Below are positions 45,989-56,932 of a stretch of 64,000 nt of DNA, piece by piece. The stretch's first letter is position 1; every line of letters starts with the position of its first letter. The notes below the pieces were generated by a model. The model was not told the origin of the DNA and made no database searches. It worked only from the letters and a program-made list of their open reading frames with translations. The translations under genes were made by a program, and so were the position numbers. This DNA is from Kiritimatiellia bacterium (GTDB lineage Bacteria; Verrucomicrobiota; Kiritimatiellia; RFP12; UBA1067): positions 1-64,000 of the forward strand of contig JBMNFY010000019.1 in assembly GCA_050949565.1 (NCBI GenBank), written 5' to 3'.

Positions 45989-47941
45989 ATGGCAAAAAGT
46001 ATTGTTGAAAAAATCCTTTCGGCGCACCGGGTAGCCGGCAGTCTGGTGCCGGGTGAGGAACTTGCAATCCGTATTGACCAAACCCTCACGCAGGACGCGA
46101 CCGGCACGATGGCCTATCTGCAATTTGAAAGCATGGGGCTCGACCGCGTCAGGGCCGATCTGGCCGTGAGCTACGTGGATCACAACACGATTCAGGTTGG
46201 CTTTGAAAATGCGGATGACCACGCCTACCTCAAGAGCGTGGCTCAGCGCTACGGTATCATTTTCTCAAGGCCGGGCAACGGCATCTGCCACCAACTCCAT
46301 CTGGAGCGCTTCGGCAAACCCGGCGCGACCCTGCTCGGCAGCGACTCGCACACGCCGACCGGCGGTGGCATCGGCATGATCGCGATCGGCGCGGGCGGCA
46401 TCGACGTGGCCGTGGCGATGGGCGGCGGTCCCTTCTACCTGACCTGCCCCAAGGTCACGCGGGTGTTCCTGACCGGCGCGTTGCGGCCGGGCGTCTCGGC
46501 GAAGGATGTGATCCTGACCGTGCTGGCGCGTTTCGGGACCAAGGGCAACGTCGGGCGTGTGCTGGAGTACGGCGGGCCGGGCGTGGCATCCCTGAGCGTG
46601 CCGTCGCGCGCGACGATCACGAACATGGGTGCGGAGTTGGGGGTCACCACATCGGTCTTCCCGAGCGATGCGGTGACGCGCGCATTCCTCGCGGCTCAGA
46701 ACCGCGTAGCGGATTGGATCGAACTGACGGCCGATGACGGCGCGGAATACGAGCAGACCGTAGAGATTGATCTGGCCACCGTGGAGCCGATGGCGGCATG
46801 TCCGCACTCGCCCGGGAACGTCGCCTCGATCGCCTCGATGGCCGGACGCCGCGTCAACCAAGTACTGATCGGCTCCTGCACCAATTCGTCATACCGCGAC
46901 CTCAAGACCGTGGCGCTGATGGTGCGCGGCCGCAAGGTACACCCTGACGTGGAGGTCGGCGTGGCGCCGGGTTCGCGGCAGGTGGTGAGCATGCTGGCCA
47001 AGGAGGGATTGCTCGCGGATCTGGTGCAGGCCGGCGTGCGAATGCTGGAAAACGCCTGCGGCTTCTGTATCGGCAATCACATGTCGCCCGGCACGGACGC
47101 CGTGAGCCTGCGCACCAGCAACCGCAACTTTGAAGGGCGCTCGGGAACGCTGAGCGCGCAAGTCTATCTGGTGAGTCCGGAGACCGCGGCGGCGGCGGCG
47201 TTGACCGGTGTGTTCACCGATCCCCGCACCTGCGAAGCCGTGCCGCCCGCTGTCGAAGAGCCGGCGGTGTTCGAAGTGGATGACAGCATGTTCCTCTTCC
47301 GCGAGACGGCCGGGCGCGGTGTGCCGGATACGCCGATCGTACGCGGTCCAAACATCGGCGAGGTTCCGGCGGGCAAGCCACTGCCCGAGATGCTCGACGG
47401 CGTGGCGGCGATCAAGGTCGGCGATAAGATCACGACGGATCACATCATGCCGGCCGGTGCGCGTCTGAAATACCGCTCGAACGTGCCGCAGTACGCGAAG
47501 TATGTCTTCGAGCATGTCGATCCCGCTTTCTACAAGAACGCCTCGGAGATCCGTGACGCGGACCGTCACGTCATCATCGTGGCCGGCGAGAGCTACGGAC
47601 AAGGATCAAGCCGCGAGCATGCGGCCATGTGCCCCATGTACCTTGGCGTCAAGGCCGTGCTGGCGCAGAGCATCGAACGCATCCACTGCGCCAACCTGAT
47701 CAACTTCGGCATCGTGCCGTTGATCTTTGATCGTCCGGAAGATTACGAGACCATCACACAGGGTGATGAACTGACATGCGACGATTTCCGCGCAGCGTTG
47801 GCGGGCGACGGGAAAGTAACGCTGAAGAACGTGACGCGCGGAAACACATTCACGGCAACTGCGGCGTTGAGCGACCGCCAAAAGCGTATCGTGCTGAATG
47901 GCGGCCTCTTGGCCGCCGTCGCATCGGGGCATGTGTCATAA
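45989..47941 (+). CDS. aconitate hydratase (short, Aquifex-type)
   Basis: TQDATGT, GICHQ, GSDSHT, IGSCTN, CGFCIG, NRNFEGR, ITTDHI and GSSREHAA. Confidence 0.9.
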   Translation: MAKSIVEKILSAHRVAGSLVPGEELAIRIDQTLTQDATGTMAYLQFESMGLDRVRADLAVSYVDHNTIQVGFENADDHAYLKSVAQRYGIIFSRPGNGICHQLHLERFGKPGATLLGSDSHTPTGGGIGMIAIGAGGIDVAVAMGGGPFYLTCPKVTRVFLTGALRPGVSAKDVILTVLARFGTKGNVGRVLEYGGPGVASLSVPSRATITNMGAELGVTTSVFPSDAVTRAFLAAQNRVADWIELTADDGAEYEQTVEIDLATVEPMAACPHSPGNVASIASMAGRRVNQVLIGSCTNSSYRDLKTVALMVRGRKVHPDVEVGVAPGSRQVVSMLAKEGLLADLVQAGVRMLENACGFCIGNHMSPGTDAVSLRTSNRNFEGRSGTLSAQVYLVSPETAAAAALTGVFTDPRTCEAVPPAVEEPAVFEVDDSMFLFRETAGRGVPDTPIVRGPNIGEVPAGKPLPEMLDGVAAIKVGDKITTDHIMPAGARLKYRSNVPQYAKYVFEHVDPAFYKNASEIRDADRHVIIVAGESYGQGSSREHAAMCPMYLGVKAVLAQSIERIHCANLINFGIVPLIFDRPEDYETITQGDELTCDDFRAALAGDGKVTLKNVTRGNTFTATAALSDRQKRIVLNGGLLAAVASGHVS

Positions 47942-47986
47942 ATCACATTGACCGCGCGGTCAAACAAAAGGTACCATGGAATCACC

Positions 47987-49924
47987 ATGAGCGAGAAGGA
48001 AAAGGCGAAGCCTGAAGGTCAGGACAACGGCGAGATCACGTTTGATTTGAACTTTGCTCCAAGCTGGGCGCGCACGTCTCCCGAGGAGACGATCCAGCGT
48101 TATCAGAACGAGCGGTTTTCGGATGACGGCGATGACCGGCGGGGCGGACGCAGCGATTACGGCCGCGACCGTCGCGCACCGCGCGACTACGACAGCCGCG
48201 AGCGCGATCGCCGCAGGCCGAGCCGCCGTCCTCCGCGTCGCGAGGGTGACCGCGACCGCGACCGCGGGCCGCGGTTTGCCGACGGCGGGATGCCGCGGCC
48301 TGAACCACGTATGGCTGCCGCCGATACGCATGGACCGCGTGCCGGGGGCGGAGATGGCTTCAGACAAGAGCGCGGGGGCGACTATCCGCCACGCCGTGAC
48401 TCCCGCCGACCGCGTCAGGACCGTCGTCCCGAGACGCCTGCGTTACCGCTCGAGATCCGCGTGTTGCCCGAACAGAAGGCGCTGGGGGCGGTCATCCGCC
48501 GCATCCAGACCTCCCACCGTGCGTACCCGCTGCGTGACCTTGCTTCGCTTTTTTTGGACAACCCCACTTCGTGCCTGCTTCGCATCGCGCCGTTGAAGGA
48601 TCAGCAGGTGCCGCTCTTCCAATGTAAGGTGTGCGGCATGCCCGCCCTCTCGGAGGAGGAGATCCGCACCCATCTGGTCAGCCGCCACATGGATGACTTC
48701 TTTGATGTGGAAGAGGTGGAGTGCGAACCGCCCACCGGCGCGTTTGTGTGTGTCGCGCGCTGCGGCCTGAGCGGCGAACTGCTGGGGCCCCCGAATCATC
48801 ACAGCTTCAACAGTAAAGTGCAGGAGATGCTGCGGACGCGCTACGCGACGATGGCCGAGGAGGCGTACCGTGCGCGTATCGAGACTGTGCGCGACGCCGA
48901 GGTCATTGAAGAGTGGCGTCAGCAATGCACTAAGAAAAAGATCTACCGCCGCAAAGGAGCCGCGCCCACAGTAGTCGAGCCGGTTGACACGCCAGACGCC
49001 GCCGAAGCAGATGCGGCCGCTGAAGCGGACGCCGAACCTGCACCCAAGGCCCCGGCCATGGAGCGGGACATCGCTGAACTGGTCTTCCTGCGCGAGATTC
49101 TACCGGAACAGATCGCGAGCGTGCGTCACTTGATCTGCACAGCGGCGATCGGCATGCAGACGCCAAGCCGCCCGCTGTACTTTGCATTGCGAGACATGCT
49201 GCAACGTGAGCGTCGTTTCCCTGCGTCGTTGTTCTTTGCCCTGCGCGGTGCTTTCCGTCATCGCAAGTTGCATCTGTTCCGCGTGAATGACGCCAAGGGA
49301 CCGGACTTCGTGATGCTTAAAGCACCGGTGGCGCTGGACCCGTCGCACGCCGTACAGACGTTGCGTGATGTGTTGACCTATGTCAACGAACACCCCGGTT
49401 GTACCAAAGCGGAAATGGTTGCCGAAATCGCAGGCGACGACGAAGAGAAGATCAAAGAGACGCTCGTCCAACTCATGTGGTTGGTCGAACGCGGTCACGT
49501 CGTCGAGTTTTACAACGATGTCCTGAGTGGTCCACTCGACTATCCCGTTTTCCGTTTGCAGCCCGGTGAGAAACAAGGCGGTGGACGCTCACAGCAAATG
49601 ACGGCGGATCAAACGCCCGCGCCGGAGAGTAAGCCGGAAAAAGCTAAACCGGAGTCTGACGCCACGCAAGAGGCTACGCCGGAAGTTGCGCAAGAAGCTG
49701 AGCAACCGGAGGTTGAGACCGCGCCAGCCGCAGAGGTGGCGCCGGAAGAAGCGGAGGCCGTGACGGAGCAAGAGAGCAGCGAGCCGGAGACCAAAGCTGA
49801 GGAACCGGAAGCGGAGGCCGCGCAAACAAGCGAACCGACCGTAGAGACGGCACCGGAGGTCGAAACAGTGCCAGAGGCTGAGCCTGCGGTGGCCGAGCCG
49901 AAGGCGGATGCGTCGGCCACGTAA
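47987..49924 (+). CDS. hypothetical protein with Arg-rich N-terminus, putative Zn-binding core and acidic tail
   Basis: Long ORF; CKVC..HLVSRH, CGLSGELLGPPNHH; Glu/Ala/Pro-rich tail. Confidence 0.75.
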   Translation: MSEKEKAKPEGQDNGEITFDLNFAPSWARTSPEETIQRYQNERFSDDGDDRRGGRSDYGRDRRAPRDYDSRERDRRRPSRRPPRREGDRDRDRGPRFADGGMPRPEPRMAAADTHGPRAGGGDGFRQERGGDYPPRRDSRRPRQDRRPETPALPLEIRVLPEQKALGAVIRRIQTSHRAYPLRDLASLFLDNPTSCLLRIAPLKDQQVPLFQCKVCGMPALSEEEIRTHLVSRHMDDFFDVEEVECEPPTGAFVCVARCGLSGELLGPPNHHSFNSKVQEMLRTRYATMAEEAYRARIETVRDAEVIEEWRQQCTKKKIYRRKGAAPTVVEPVDTPDAAEADAAAEADAEPAPKAPAMERDIAELVFLREILPEQIASVRHLICTAAIGMQTPSRPLYFALRDMLQRERRFPASLFFALRGAFRHRKLHLFRVNDAKGPDFVMLKAPVALDPSHAVQTLRDVLTYVNEHPGCTKAEMVAEIAGDDEEKIKETLVQLMWLVERGHVVEFYNDVLSGPLDYPVFRLQPGEKQGGGRSQQMTADQTPAPESKPEKAKPESDATQEATPEVAQEAEQPEVETAPAAEVAPEEAEAVTEQESSEPETKAEEPEAEAAQTSEPTVETAPEVETVPEAEPAVAEPKADASAT

Positions 49925-49968
49925 GCCCAATCCGCGACGGACGAGAGTAAAAGTGCCTCTCCGCTTTT

Positions 49969-50018
49969 CGGATCCGCCTGATCTGTCTGATTAGACTGAT
50001 CCGTCCGATCCGTCTGAC
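49969..50018. repeat. 9-bp degenerate tandem repeat (CTGATCCGT-like, ~5 copies)
   Basis: cggatccgc ctgatctgt ctgattaga ctgatccgt ccgatccgt ctgac, between convergent genes. Confidence 0.7.
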
Positions 50019-50052
50019 AAAAACCACAAACGTGCTCCAGCCGCGCGTTTTT

Positions 50053-50682
50053 TTATGAAATCACCACGCGCCGGCCTGTCACGGTCAGGCGGTTTTCGGA
50101 AAGCAGGCGCAACGCTTCCGGATATGCACGGTGCTCTTCGACCTGAATGCGCGCGTGCAGCGACTCGGGGGTGTCGTCCTCCAGCACCGGCACACTGCGC
50201 TGAATGATGATCGGCCCGGTGTCCGTGCCGGCATCCACAAAGTGTACCGTGCAGCCGGCCACCTTTGCCCCATACGCCAGCGCTTGCGACCACGCCTGCA
50301 AGCCAGGGAAGGCCGGCAACAGCGCGGGATGGATGTTGAGCACCCGGTTCGGAAAAGCCGCGAGAAGTCCCGGCTTCACAATCCGCATGAAGCCGGCGAG
50401 AACCACCGTATCAACGTCGGCATCCCGCAACATCTGGATGCAACGCTGCTCGGCCGCGCCGTCCAGTTTGGTCTTGAAAGGGGCGCAATCCAACCAAGCA
50501 CCAGGAACCCCGTGATTGCGAGCGCGTTCAAGAATACGGGCGTCTGGCACATCGGCAAGGACGAGACGTACCTCGGCGTTCAGGGTACCGGCGGCGATCG
50601 CATCCAATATCGACTGCATGTTCGAGCCAGAGCCGGAGCCCAGCACACCAAGTTTCAAGCGGGTGGAAGAGGTCGTTTGCAT
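50053..50682 (-). CDS. purN: phosphoribosylglycinamide formyltransferase
   Basis: GSGSGSN, LAGFMRI, NIHPALLPAFPG and GCTVHFVDAGTDTGPII. Confidence 0.95.
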   Translation of the reverse strand: MQTTSSTRLKLGVLGSGSGSNMQSILDAIAAGTLNAEVRLVLADVPDARILERARNHGVPGAWLDCAPFKTKLDGAAEQRCIQMLRDADVDTVVLAGFMRIVKPGLLAAFPNRVLNIHPALLPAFPGLQAWSQALAYGAKVAGCTVHFVDAGTDTGPIIIQRSVPVLEDDTPESLHARIQVEEHRAYPEALRLLSENRLTVTGRRVVIS

Positions 50683-50727
50683 GGTGGAAGAGTAATACAA
50701 GGAAGCGTCGCTTCCAAGCCGAAAACA

Positions 50728-50766
50728 AAAAAAGCGACCGGCGGCGCATGGCTGCCGGTCGCAAAA
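50728..50766 (-). terminator. rho-independent terminator
   Basis: GCGACCGGCGGC-gcatg-GCTGCCGGTCGC hairpin preceded by A7 (U-tail on the minus strand). Confidence 0.75.
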
Positions 50767-50780
50767 CGAGAAGGGCCGAA

Positions 50781-50978
50781 TTACTTCTTCAGCGCACCTT
50801 CCAGCTTCTTCTGCGCATCGCTGGTGGCCTTCTCGGCATCCTTGGCAGCAGAATCAGTCGCCTTCTCAGCAGACTTGACGGCCTTGTCAACCTTGTCGCC
50901 CAACGTCTCTTCCTTCTTGCAGCCGACAAACGCGAACGTCGCGACGGCCATGATCGTAACCATCAACAGGCTCTTCAT
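50781..50978 (-). CDS. small Lys/Ala-rich lipoprotein
   Basis: AAAGGAG RBS; lipobox FVGC; amphipathic repeat KSAEKATDSAAKDAEKATSDA. Confidence 0.8.
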   Translation of the reverse strand: MKSLLMVTIMAVATFAFVGCKKEETLGDKVDKAVKSAEKATDSAAKDAEKATSDAQKKLEGALKK

Positions 50979-51092
50979 GTGAACTCCTTTCAACCGTGCC
51001 GAATTAGCACAGATTTGTTTCCTTCCCTTCGGAAGTGGATGAGAGAGTAACAGAAACTGCCTCGCGAAACAAGCAGGAGTTGAGCAGATTTA

Positions 51093-53234
51093 TCAGCGCC
51101 GCAACAACGGCAGCAAACTGCCCCTTTCATCGGCAGGCACTACGATATCGCGGACACGCTCCCACGCGACCTCGCGCACCGACATTTGGCCCGGAAAGAG
51201 GTAACGGTGCGGATGGCGCGTCATGAACACCCACATGGCATCGGTCGTGACGCTGTTTTCCGCCACACCCACCACACCGTAGGGATGGACGCCAAGTGCT
51301 TGAGCCACCGCCTTGCACAACGGCAGCAGGTCCACATGCCAGTTGCTGACATGCATCGCCAAAACGCCATCCTCTTCAAGCCGCTCGAAATAGAGCCGGA
51401 ACGCCTCCAGCGTCGCCAAATGGTAAGGCACTGCATCCCCGCTGTATGCATCGATCATCAGAATATCGTAGCGCGGATCGCCGACCGCCTGCTCGCGTTC
51501 CAACATCTTGCGCGCATCGCCGGGCACCAGATCAATGCGCATCGGCGCGTCGTTCAGAAACGAGAAAAACTGCGGTGCCCCCGCCACCTGAATCATCAGC
51601 GGGTTGATCTCATAAAAACGGAAGAGATCCTGGGGTCTCCCGTAGCTGGCCAGACAGCCCGCGCCGAGCCCCACAATGCCTACCTTCACACCGCGTCCCT
51701 CCCGATAGGCGGGATGCGACGAGAACGCGATGCCGCCCCCGGTCGCGCCATAGTACGAGGTGCCGCGCCCAGCGAAAAGCGGCGACCTGACCTGCAGGCC
51801 GTGCGTGGTTTGTCCGCACCACAGATAATGCACAGGCAGCGCACCGGCCTGACCGAACAACTCCAGCGTCTGCGTCACCCGCACGGTCCCGTAAAAATTA
51901 CGCGCCTGAAAGAGCGTGTTCGACGCCGTACGCCGCGACATGACGCCGAACAGGACCAGCCACAACGCGGCGCAACACACGGCAAACACAGGGCGCACCG
52001 CACTCAAACGCCTCAACCGCTGCGGCCACGGCAACCGCAAGGCCAGCAGCAACGCACACAGGCCCAGCGCCAGCGGGTATTCGGTCACGCGCGTAAACAC
52101 GCGCGGCGCTACAAGCGACGCCAGCAGTCCCCCCACCGCGCCGCCTGCTGCAATCGCCAGATAGTAATGACTCAAGCGCGTCGTCTCGGGGCGTTCCTCA
52201 TACAGCCAGCCGTGCAACACGCTCCCGCCAAAAAAGATGACGCCTAACCCCGCAGCCGCATTTGGCAGGAAACTACCGTCCCCCCACTGGCCTTGAACAA
52301 TCGCCGCCGCGCACAGCGACACAGCCGCAAGGATGATCCCAATTGATGACGTCAGCCAGCGCCACGAAGAGAAACCGACGACATAACTCAGCAGAAATGC
52401 CGAAAGCATCGCAACCCACACCAACGGCAACGGCGTCACATCGGTGAACAGATGCGCAACAATCGCATTCAGCAGAAACGACGTCACGCCCGGCAACACG
52501 TACCACGTCCAGACCCGCACCGGCCGCCGCACCGCCAGCTCGTCCGAATCGGCTTCTTCCACCATCACTGCGCCGCCGCTCTCCCCGTCCCGTACAAAGC
52601 GACCGAGGCACGCCATCAGCCCGGTATATCCGCAAAGACCAAGCGCCACCGCCCACCACTGGACCGAGAGCGATACAAACGGCTCCAGCACGAACGGATA
52701 AACCAACAATCCCGCGAATGACCCCAAGTTTGAAACCGCGTATAGCCGATATACAGAAGCGACGGAGCCTGTTGACGCATCCGTCCCGTCACCGCAGCCC
52801 CCACCGTCTCCACGCGCAGCCAGCCACCCTTGCACCACCGTCGATCCGGCGGCAAGCGCCACATAGGGAAGGCCCACGCACGCGAGTACGCACAGTAGCA
52901 CCTCAAGCGCCGGTTGTTCCGTATTGCCCGCCACCGTGCGCAATGCGGGACGCAGCACGGCAAACGCCACCGCCCACGCCGATGCCGCACACAACAGGGA
53001 GAGATGCACCGCACGCTGCTTCGAGCGGCGACGACGCGCGACGCCGTGCGCATAGGTGTAGCCTGCCAGCAACAGGAGTTGATAGGCCGCCAAGGAAATT
53101 GTCCAGACCGCCGCACTTCCGCCGAACAGCGGCAACAGAGTTCGTCCCAGCAGCGGCTGAATCAAAAACAGCAAACAAGAGCCGCAGAACACAGCGGCCG
53201 CTGAAACGCGGGCTTGCTGACGGTCTGCGGTCAT
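51093..53234 (-). CDS. fused MFS-like membrane / spermidine synthase-like methyltransferase
   Basis: LLFLIQP, LYAVSNLGS, RNFYG, TTHGLQ, IVGLGAG, YEINP, GDAR, IDAYSGDAVP.HL and HVSN. Confidence 0.85.
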   Translation of the reverse strand: MTADRQQARVSAAAVFCGSCLLFLIQPLLGRTLLPLFGGSAAVWTISLAAYQLLLLAGYTYAHGVARRRRSKQRAVHLSLLCAASAWAVAFAVLRPALRTVAGNTEQPALEVLLCVLACVGLPYVALAAGSTVVQGWLAARGDGGGCGDGTDASTGSVASVYRLYAVSNLGSFAGLLVYPFVLEPFVSLSVQWWAVALGLCGYTGLMACLGRFVRDGESGGAVMVEEADSDELAVRRPVRVWTWYVLPGVTSFLLNAIVAHLFTDVTPLPLVWVAMLSAFLLSYVVGFSSWRWLTSSIGIILAAVSLCAAAIVQGQWGDGSFLPNAAAGLGVIFFGGSVLHGWLYEERPETTRLSHYYLAIAAGGAVGGLLASLVAPRVFTRVTEYPLALGLCALLLALRLPWPQRLRRLSAVRPVFAVCCAALWLVLFGVMSRRTASNTLFQARNFYGTVRVTQTLELFGQAGALPVHYLWCGQTTHGLQVRSPLFAGRGTSYYGATGGGIAFSSHPAYREGRGVKVGIVGLGAGCLASYGRPQDLFRFYEINPLMIQVAGAPQFFSFLNDAPMRIDLVPGDARKMLEREQAVGDPRYDILMIDAYSGDAVPYHLATLEAFRLYFERLEEDGVLAMHVSNWHVDLLPLCKAVAQALGVHPYGVVGVAENSVTTDAMWVFMTRHPHRYLFPGQMSVREVAWERVRDIVVPADERGSLLPLLRR

Positions 53235-53243
53235 CGCGGTACT

Positions 53244-54911
53244 CTACCCCCGTGCCTCGTCGCTTTCGCGGATCTCGACCCGACGGATTTTGCCGCTGAT
53301 GGTTTTGGGCAACTCCTTCACAAACTCCACAACGCGCGGATACTTGTAAGGCGCTGTCACGTGCTTGACATGATTTTGCAGGGTCCGCGCCAACTCGTCC
53401 GAAGGCGTGTAACCCTTTGCCAGCACGACGGTCGCTTTGACGATTTGGCCGCGGTCAGGATCTGGCACGCCGGTGATGGCGCACTCCAGTACTGCCGGAT
53501 GTTCCAATAGAGCGCTTTCCACTTCGAACGGACCGATGCGGTAACCGGAACTCTTGATCACATCGTCAGCGCGTCCGACAAACCAATAGTAACCATCCGC
53601 GTCGCGCCAGGCCATGTCGCCAGTGTAATACACATCATCATGCCAGACCGAGCGCGTCAACTCAGCATCGCGATAATAGCCGTCAAACATGCCCAGCGGA
53701 CGCATGATGTCGGTACGCACCACCAACTGCCCTTCTTCGCCGCATTCGCACGAGCGCCCATTCGCATCCAGCAGATCCAGATCATAGCCGGGCGACGCCA
53801 TCCCCATTGAACCAGGCTTCGGTTGCATCCAAGGGAAGGTAGCTGCCACCACCGTCAATTCGGTCTGTCCGTAGGCTTCGTACAGTTTCAGCCCGGTCCC
53901 TTCCAGAAACTTCTGGTAGACCTCGGGGTTGAGCGGTTCGCCGGCGACCACGCAGTGACGCAGTTTGGAAAAGTCGTAATTGGAGAGGTTCTCTTTGATG
54001 AAATAGCGGTACATCGTGGGAGGAGCGCAGAAGGTCGTGACCCCGTACTTGACGATCACATCCAGCACAGCGCGCGCACGAAAGTGCTCCATATCGTAGA
54101 CCATCACCGCACATCCGACCATCCACTGGCCGTAGATCTTGCCCCATGCCGCTTTGGCCCAGCCGGTTTCCGCAACGGTCAGATGCAGGCCGCCCTCGAC
54201 GCATCCCTGCCAGTATTTCGCGGTGACCAGATGGCCGAACGGATAGAAGAAATTGTGCCGCACCATCTTGGGCATGCCGGTGGTGCCGGAGGTGAAGTAA
54301 AGCAGCATGATATCGCCGGCGCCGGTCTGACGCGCGCAGTCCGCTTCGTCCAGCGTATCGGAGGCCGCTGCCATGCAAGCATCAAAATCCACCCATTCCC
54401 CGCACTCACCGCGCGGTTGCACCAAAGCCCGCAGTCCGATCTCGACTTCTGCGGCAGCCTGTTCCACCGCCTCGCGCAGCGAGGGCTCATCCACCGCGAC
54501 AATCGCCTTCACGCTGGCGGCCTTGACGCGGTACACCACATCTTTCTTCATGAGCTGTGTCGTGGCGGGAATGGCGATCGCGCCCAGCCGGCAAAGTCCC
54601 AGCAGCGCAAACCAAAACTCATAGCGCCGCCGTAGGATCAGCATCACAGCGTCGCCCTTGCCAATGCCCAGTGTCTTGAAGACGTTGGCTGCGCGCTTGC
54701 TTGCGCGCGCGATGTCGACCATCGTGAAGACCCGCTCATCTCCTTTGTCGTCACACCAGACCAACGCGCGGCGCTCTGGGTCCGCAGCCGCGATCTCGTC
54801 AACCACATCGAACGCGAAATTGAAACACTCAGGCACGTCCACCTTGAACGTGCTGCAAAACTCCTCTTGAGACGCGAAGGTGTCTTTGTCGAGCCACCGG
54901 CACTTCATCAT
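53244..54911 (-). CDS. AMP-forming short/medium-chain acyl-CoA synthetase
   Basis: YFTSGTTGMPK, YGQTE, YYTGD, GRADDVIKSSGYRIGPFEVE and LPKTISGKI. Confidence 0.92.
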   Translation of the reverse strand: MMKCRWLDKDTFASQEEFCSTFKVDVPECFNFAFDVVDEIAAADPERRALVWCDDKGDERVFTMVDIARASKRAANVFKTLGIGKGDAVMLILRRRYEFWFALLGLCRLGAIAIPATTQLMKKDVVYRVKAASVKAIVAVDEPSLREAVEQAAAEVEIGLRALVQPRGECGEWVDFDACMAAASDTLDEADCARQTGAGDIMLLYFTSGTTGMPKMVRHNFFYPFGHLVTAKYWQGCVEGGLHLTVAETGWAKAAWGKIYGQWMVGCAVMVYDMEHFRARAVLDVIVKYGVTTFCAPPTMYRYFIKENLSNYDFSKLRHCVVAGEPLNPEVYQKFLEGTGLKLYEAYGQTELTVVAATFPWMQPKPGSMGMASPGYDLDLLDANGRSCECGEEGQLVVRTDIMRPLGMFDGYYRDAELTRSVWHDDVYYTGDMAWRDADGYYWFVGRADDVIKSSGYRIGPFEVESALLEHPAVLECAITGVPDPDRGQIVKATVVLAKGYTPSDELARTLQNHVKHVTAPYKYPRVVEFVKELPKTISGKIRRVEIRESDEARG

Positions 54912-54924
54912 TGCTCCTTTGTTA

Positions 54925-55479
54925 TTAGGCGGTGATCATCGCCAGAAAAGTGACGGGCTCACTGCCGTCGGCGCGCATGCCGTGCGGTACCGTCGCGTTA
55001 AAATAGATGCTGTCGCCCGGCTCCAGCAACAGCGTGTTCTCCCCGATGGTCAACCGCAGCCGCCCTGACAACACATAGTTGAACTCTTGGCCGGGATGCG
55101 CGTTGAGATGGGTCTCCTTGAGGGACGGCTCCACCGTCACGATGAAGGGCTCCATCACCTTGCCGGCAAAGCGCGCGCCCAGCGCCTCGTAGTGATAGAC
55201 GTGGCGGCGCGCGATGATCGGCCCCGTCCCCTTGCGCGTCACATGAAAGGTCTTGGCGTGCGCGTCGCTCCCGGTCAGCAGCACCGTCACATCTACCTGA
55301 TAAAAAGCCGCCAGTACCGACAGATAGCTCACCGACACATCTGCCTCGCCGGCTTCATAACTCAAGTATGCATCGACGGTCACGCCGGTTTCGGAGGCGA
55401 CGGCCTCCGGCGTCAGATCAGACGCATCGCGCAATCCCTTGATCCGTTCCGCAATCAACTGCCGTTGGTTGTTGGTCAT
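54925..55479 (-). CDS. XRE-family regulator with cupin domain
   Basis: IAERIKGLR HTH; HPGQEFNYVLSG and LEPGDSIYF..PH. Confidence 0.9.
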   Translation of the reverse strand: MTNNQRQLIAERIKGLRDASDLTPEAVASETGVTVDAYLSYEAGEADVSVSYLSVLAAFYQVDVTVLLTGSDAHAKTFHVTRKGTGPIIARRHVYHYEALGARFAGKVMEPFIVTVEPSLKETHLNAHPGQEFNYVLSGRLRLTIGENTLLLEPGDSIYFNATVPHGMRADGSEPVTFLAMITA

Positions 55480-55516
55480 CGTTCCCTCCTCCGTTCCGGC
55501 TTCCGCCGCTAACAGG

Positions 55517-56932
55517 TCACAGCTTCAGGTTCTCGTCCATCCACGTCTCAGCTTCACGTAGCAGCAGGCGGTTCTTTTCAACTAGCGCGGGCTTGCCTTT
55601 GAAACTGGCGTCCAGCGCCGTTGTCAGACTCTCGTTGTTCAATCCGGTCACGCCCAGCTTCGCCAGAGCCGCCAGCATCATCGTGTTGGCCGCTTTGGGC
55701 ACGCCCATCTTGATCGACAGATCAATGGCCGGCATCGAGATCACCCGCACGCCTTCGGGCGCGGCGACCGTCAAGGGCACCGTGGCATCCACGATCACCG
55801 TGCCGCCGGGCTTGACGTCCTTGACAAACCGCTCATACGAAGGCTGGTTCATACAGACCAACACGTTCGGCTGGTCCACCGAAGGCGAGCCGATCGGGTG
55901 CCCTGAGATGACCACCGAACACGCCGCCGAACCGCCGCGCTGCTCTGGCCCGTAGGTGGGGAACCACGTGGTGAACCGCTTCTCAAGGCGCGCGGCCTCC
56001 GCCACGCAGATACCGAGGCTCAGGATGCCCTGACCGCCGAATCCGGTGAATTTCAGGCGCAGTTCCTTAAAGCTGTCGTCCACCTCGGCCTTCGGTGCTT
56101 GATGCTGATCCATGTCGCGGAAGAAATCGTCTACCGCAGGCGTTTCAGGCAACGCCGGCCGCGCACACGCAGTCGCGCTCTCATCACGCAGGCAACCGAG
56201 CGGGAACTCCTTCTCCATCTGCTCCATGCAGAAGAGCGCCGCCTTGACCGAATTCACCCCCATGTTGGTCGGACAAGGTGAGATCACCTCCACGAAGGCA
56301 TACCCCTTGCCGTCACGCTGAATCTCCAAAGCCTTGCGGATCGCGCGTTTCGCCTGCATAATCCGCCGGGTGTCCGCCACCGAAACCCGCTCGATATAGA
56401 CCGGTGCCTTGAGTTGGTTCAAAACCTCGCAAACATGAAGCGGATAGCCAGCGGTCAGCGGGTCGCGCCCGAACGGCGAGGTCGCGGTCTTCATACCCTC
56501 CAGCGTGGTCGGCGCCATTTGGCCGCCGGTCATGCCGTAAATCGCATTGTTGACGAAAAAGGCCGCCATGTGCTCACCACGGCTCGCGGCCTGAAAGGTG
56601 TTGTTGAAACCGATCGCGCCCAGATCGCCGTCGCCCTGATAAGAGACAACCACCGCGTCGCGCCGCACGCGATTAATCGCCGTGCCCACCGCAGGCGCGC
56701 GCCCATGCGCGGCGCCCACGTTACCGCAGTCCCAATAGTAATAGCCAAACACTGCGCACCCGATGGGGTTCACGATGACCGTGCGGTCTTGGATGCCCAG
56801 ATCCACCATCGCTTCCGTGATCAACTTGTGGATGATACCGTGGCCGCAGCCCGCACAATAGTGCGTCGCGCGCGTCTGCTTGCCGCTACGGCAGAAGACC
56901 TCGTACATGCCCTCTGTTTTCTTCTCTTTCAT
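55517..56932 (-). CDS. vorA: 2-oxoacid:ferredoxin oxidoreductase beta-gamma fusion (VorA-like)
   Basis: [14 protein letters not shown] and [11 protein letters not shown] (beta); GFGGQG and YGPEQRGG (gamma). Confidence 0.8.
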   Translation of the reverse strand: MKEKKTEGMYEVFCRSGKQTRATHYCAGCGHGIIHKLITEAMVDLGIQDRTVIVNPIGCAVFGYYYWDCGNVGAAHGRAPAVGTAINRVRRDAVVVSYQGDGDLGAIGFNNTFQAASRGEHMAAFFVNNAIYGMTGGQMAPTTLEGMKTATSPFGRDPLTAGYPLHVCEVLNQLKAPVYIERVSVADTRRIMQAKRAIRKALEIQRDGKGYAFVEVISPCPTNMGVNSVKAALFCMEQMEKEFPLGCLRDESATACARPALPETPAVDDFFRDMDQHQAPKAEVDDSFKELRLKFTGFGGQGILSLGICVAEAARLEKRFTTWFPTYGPEQRGGSAACSVVISGHPIGSPSVDQPNVLVCMNQPSYERFVKDVKPGGTVIVDATVPLTVAAPEGVRVISMPAIDLSIKMGVPKAANTMMLAALAKLGVTGLNNESLTTALDASFKGKPALVEKNRLLLREAETWMDENLKL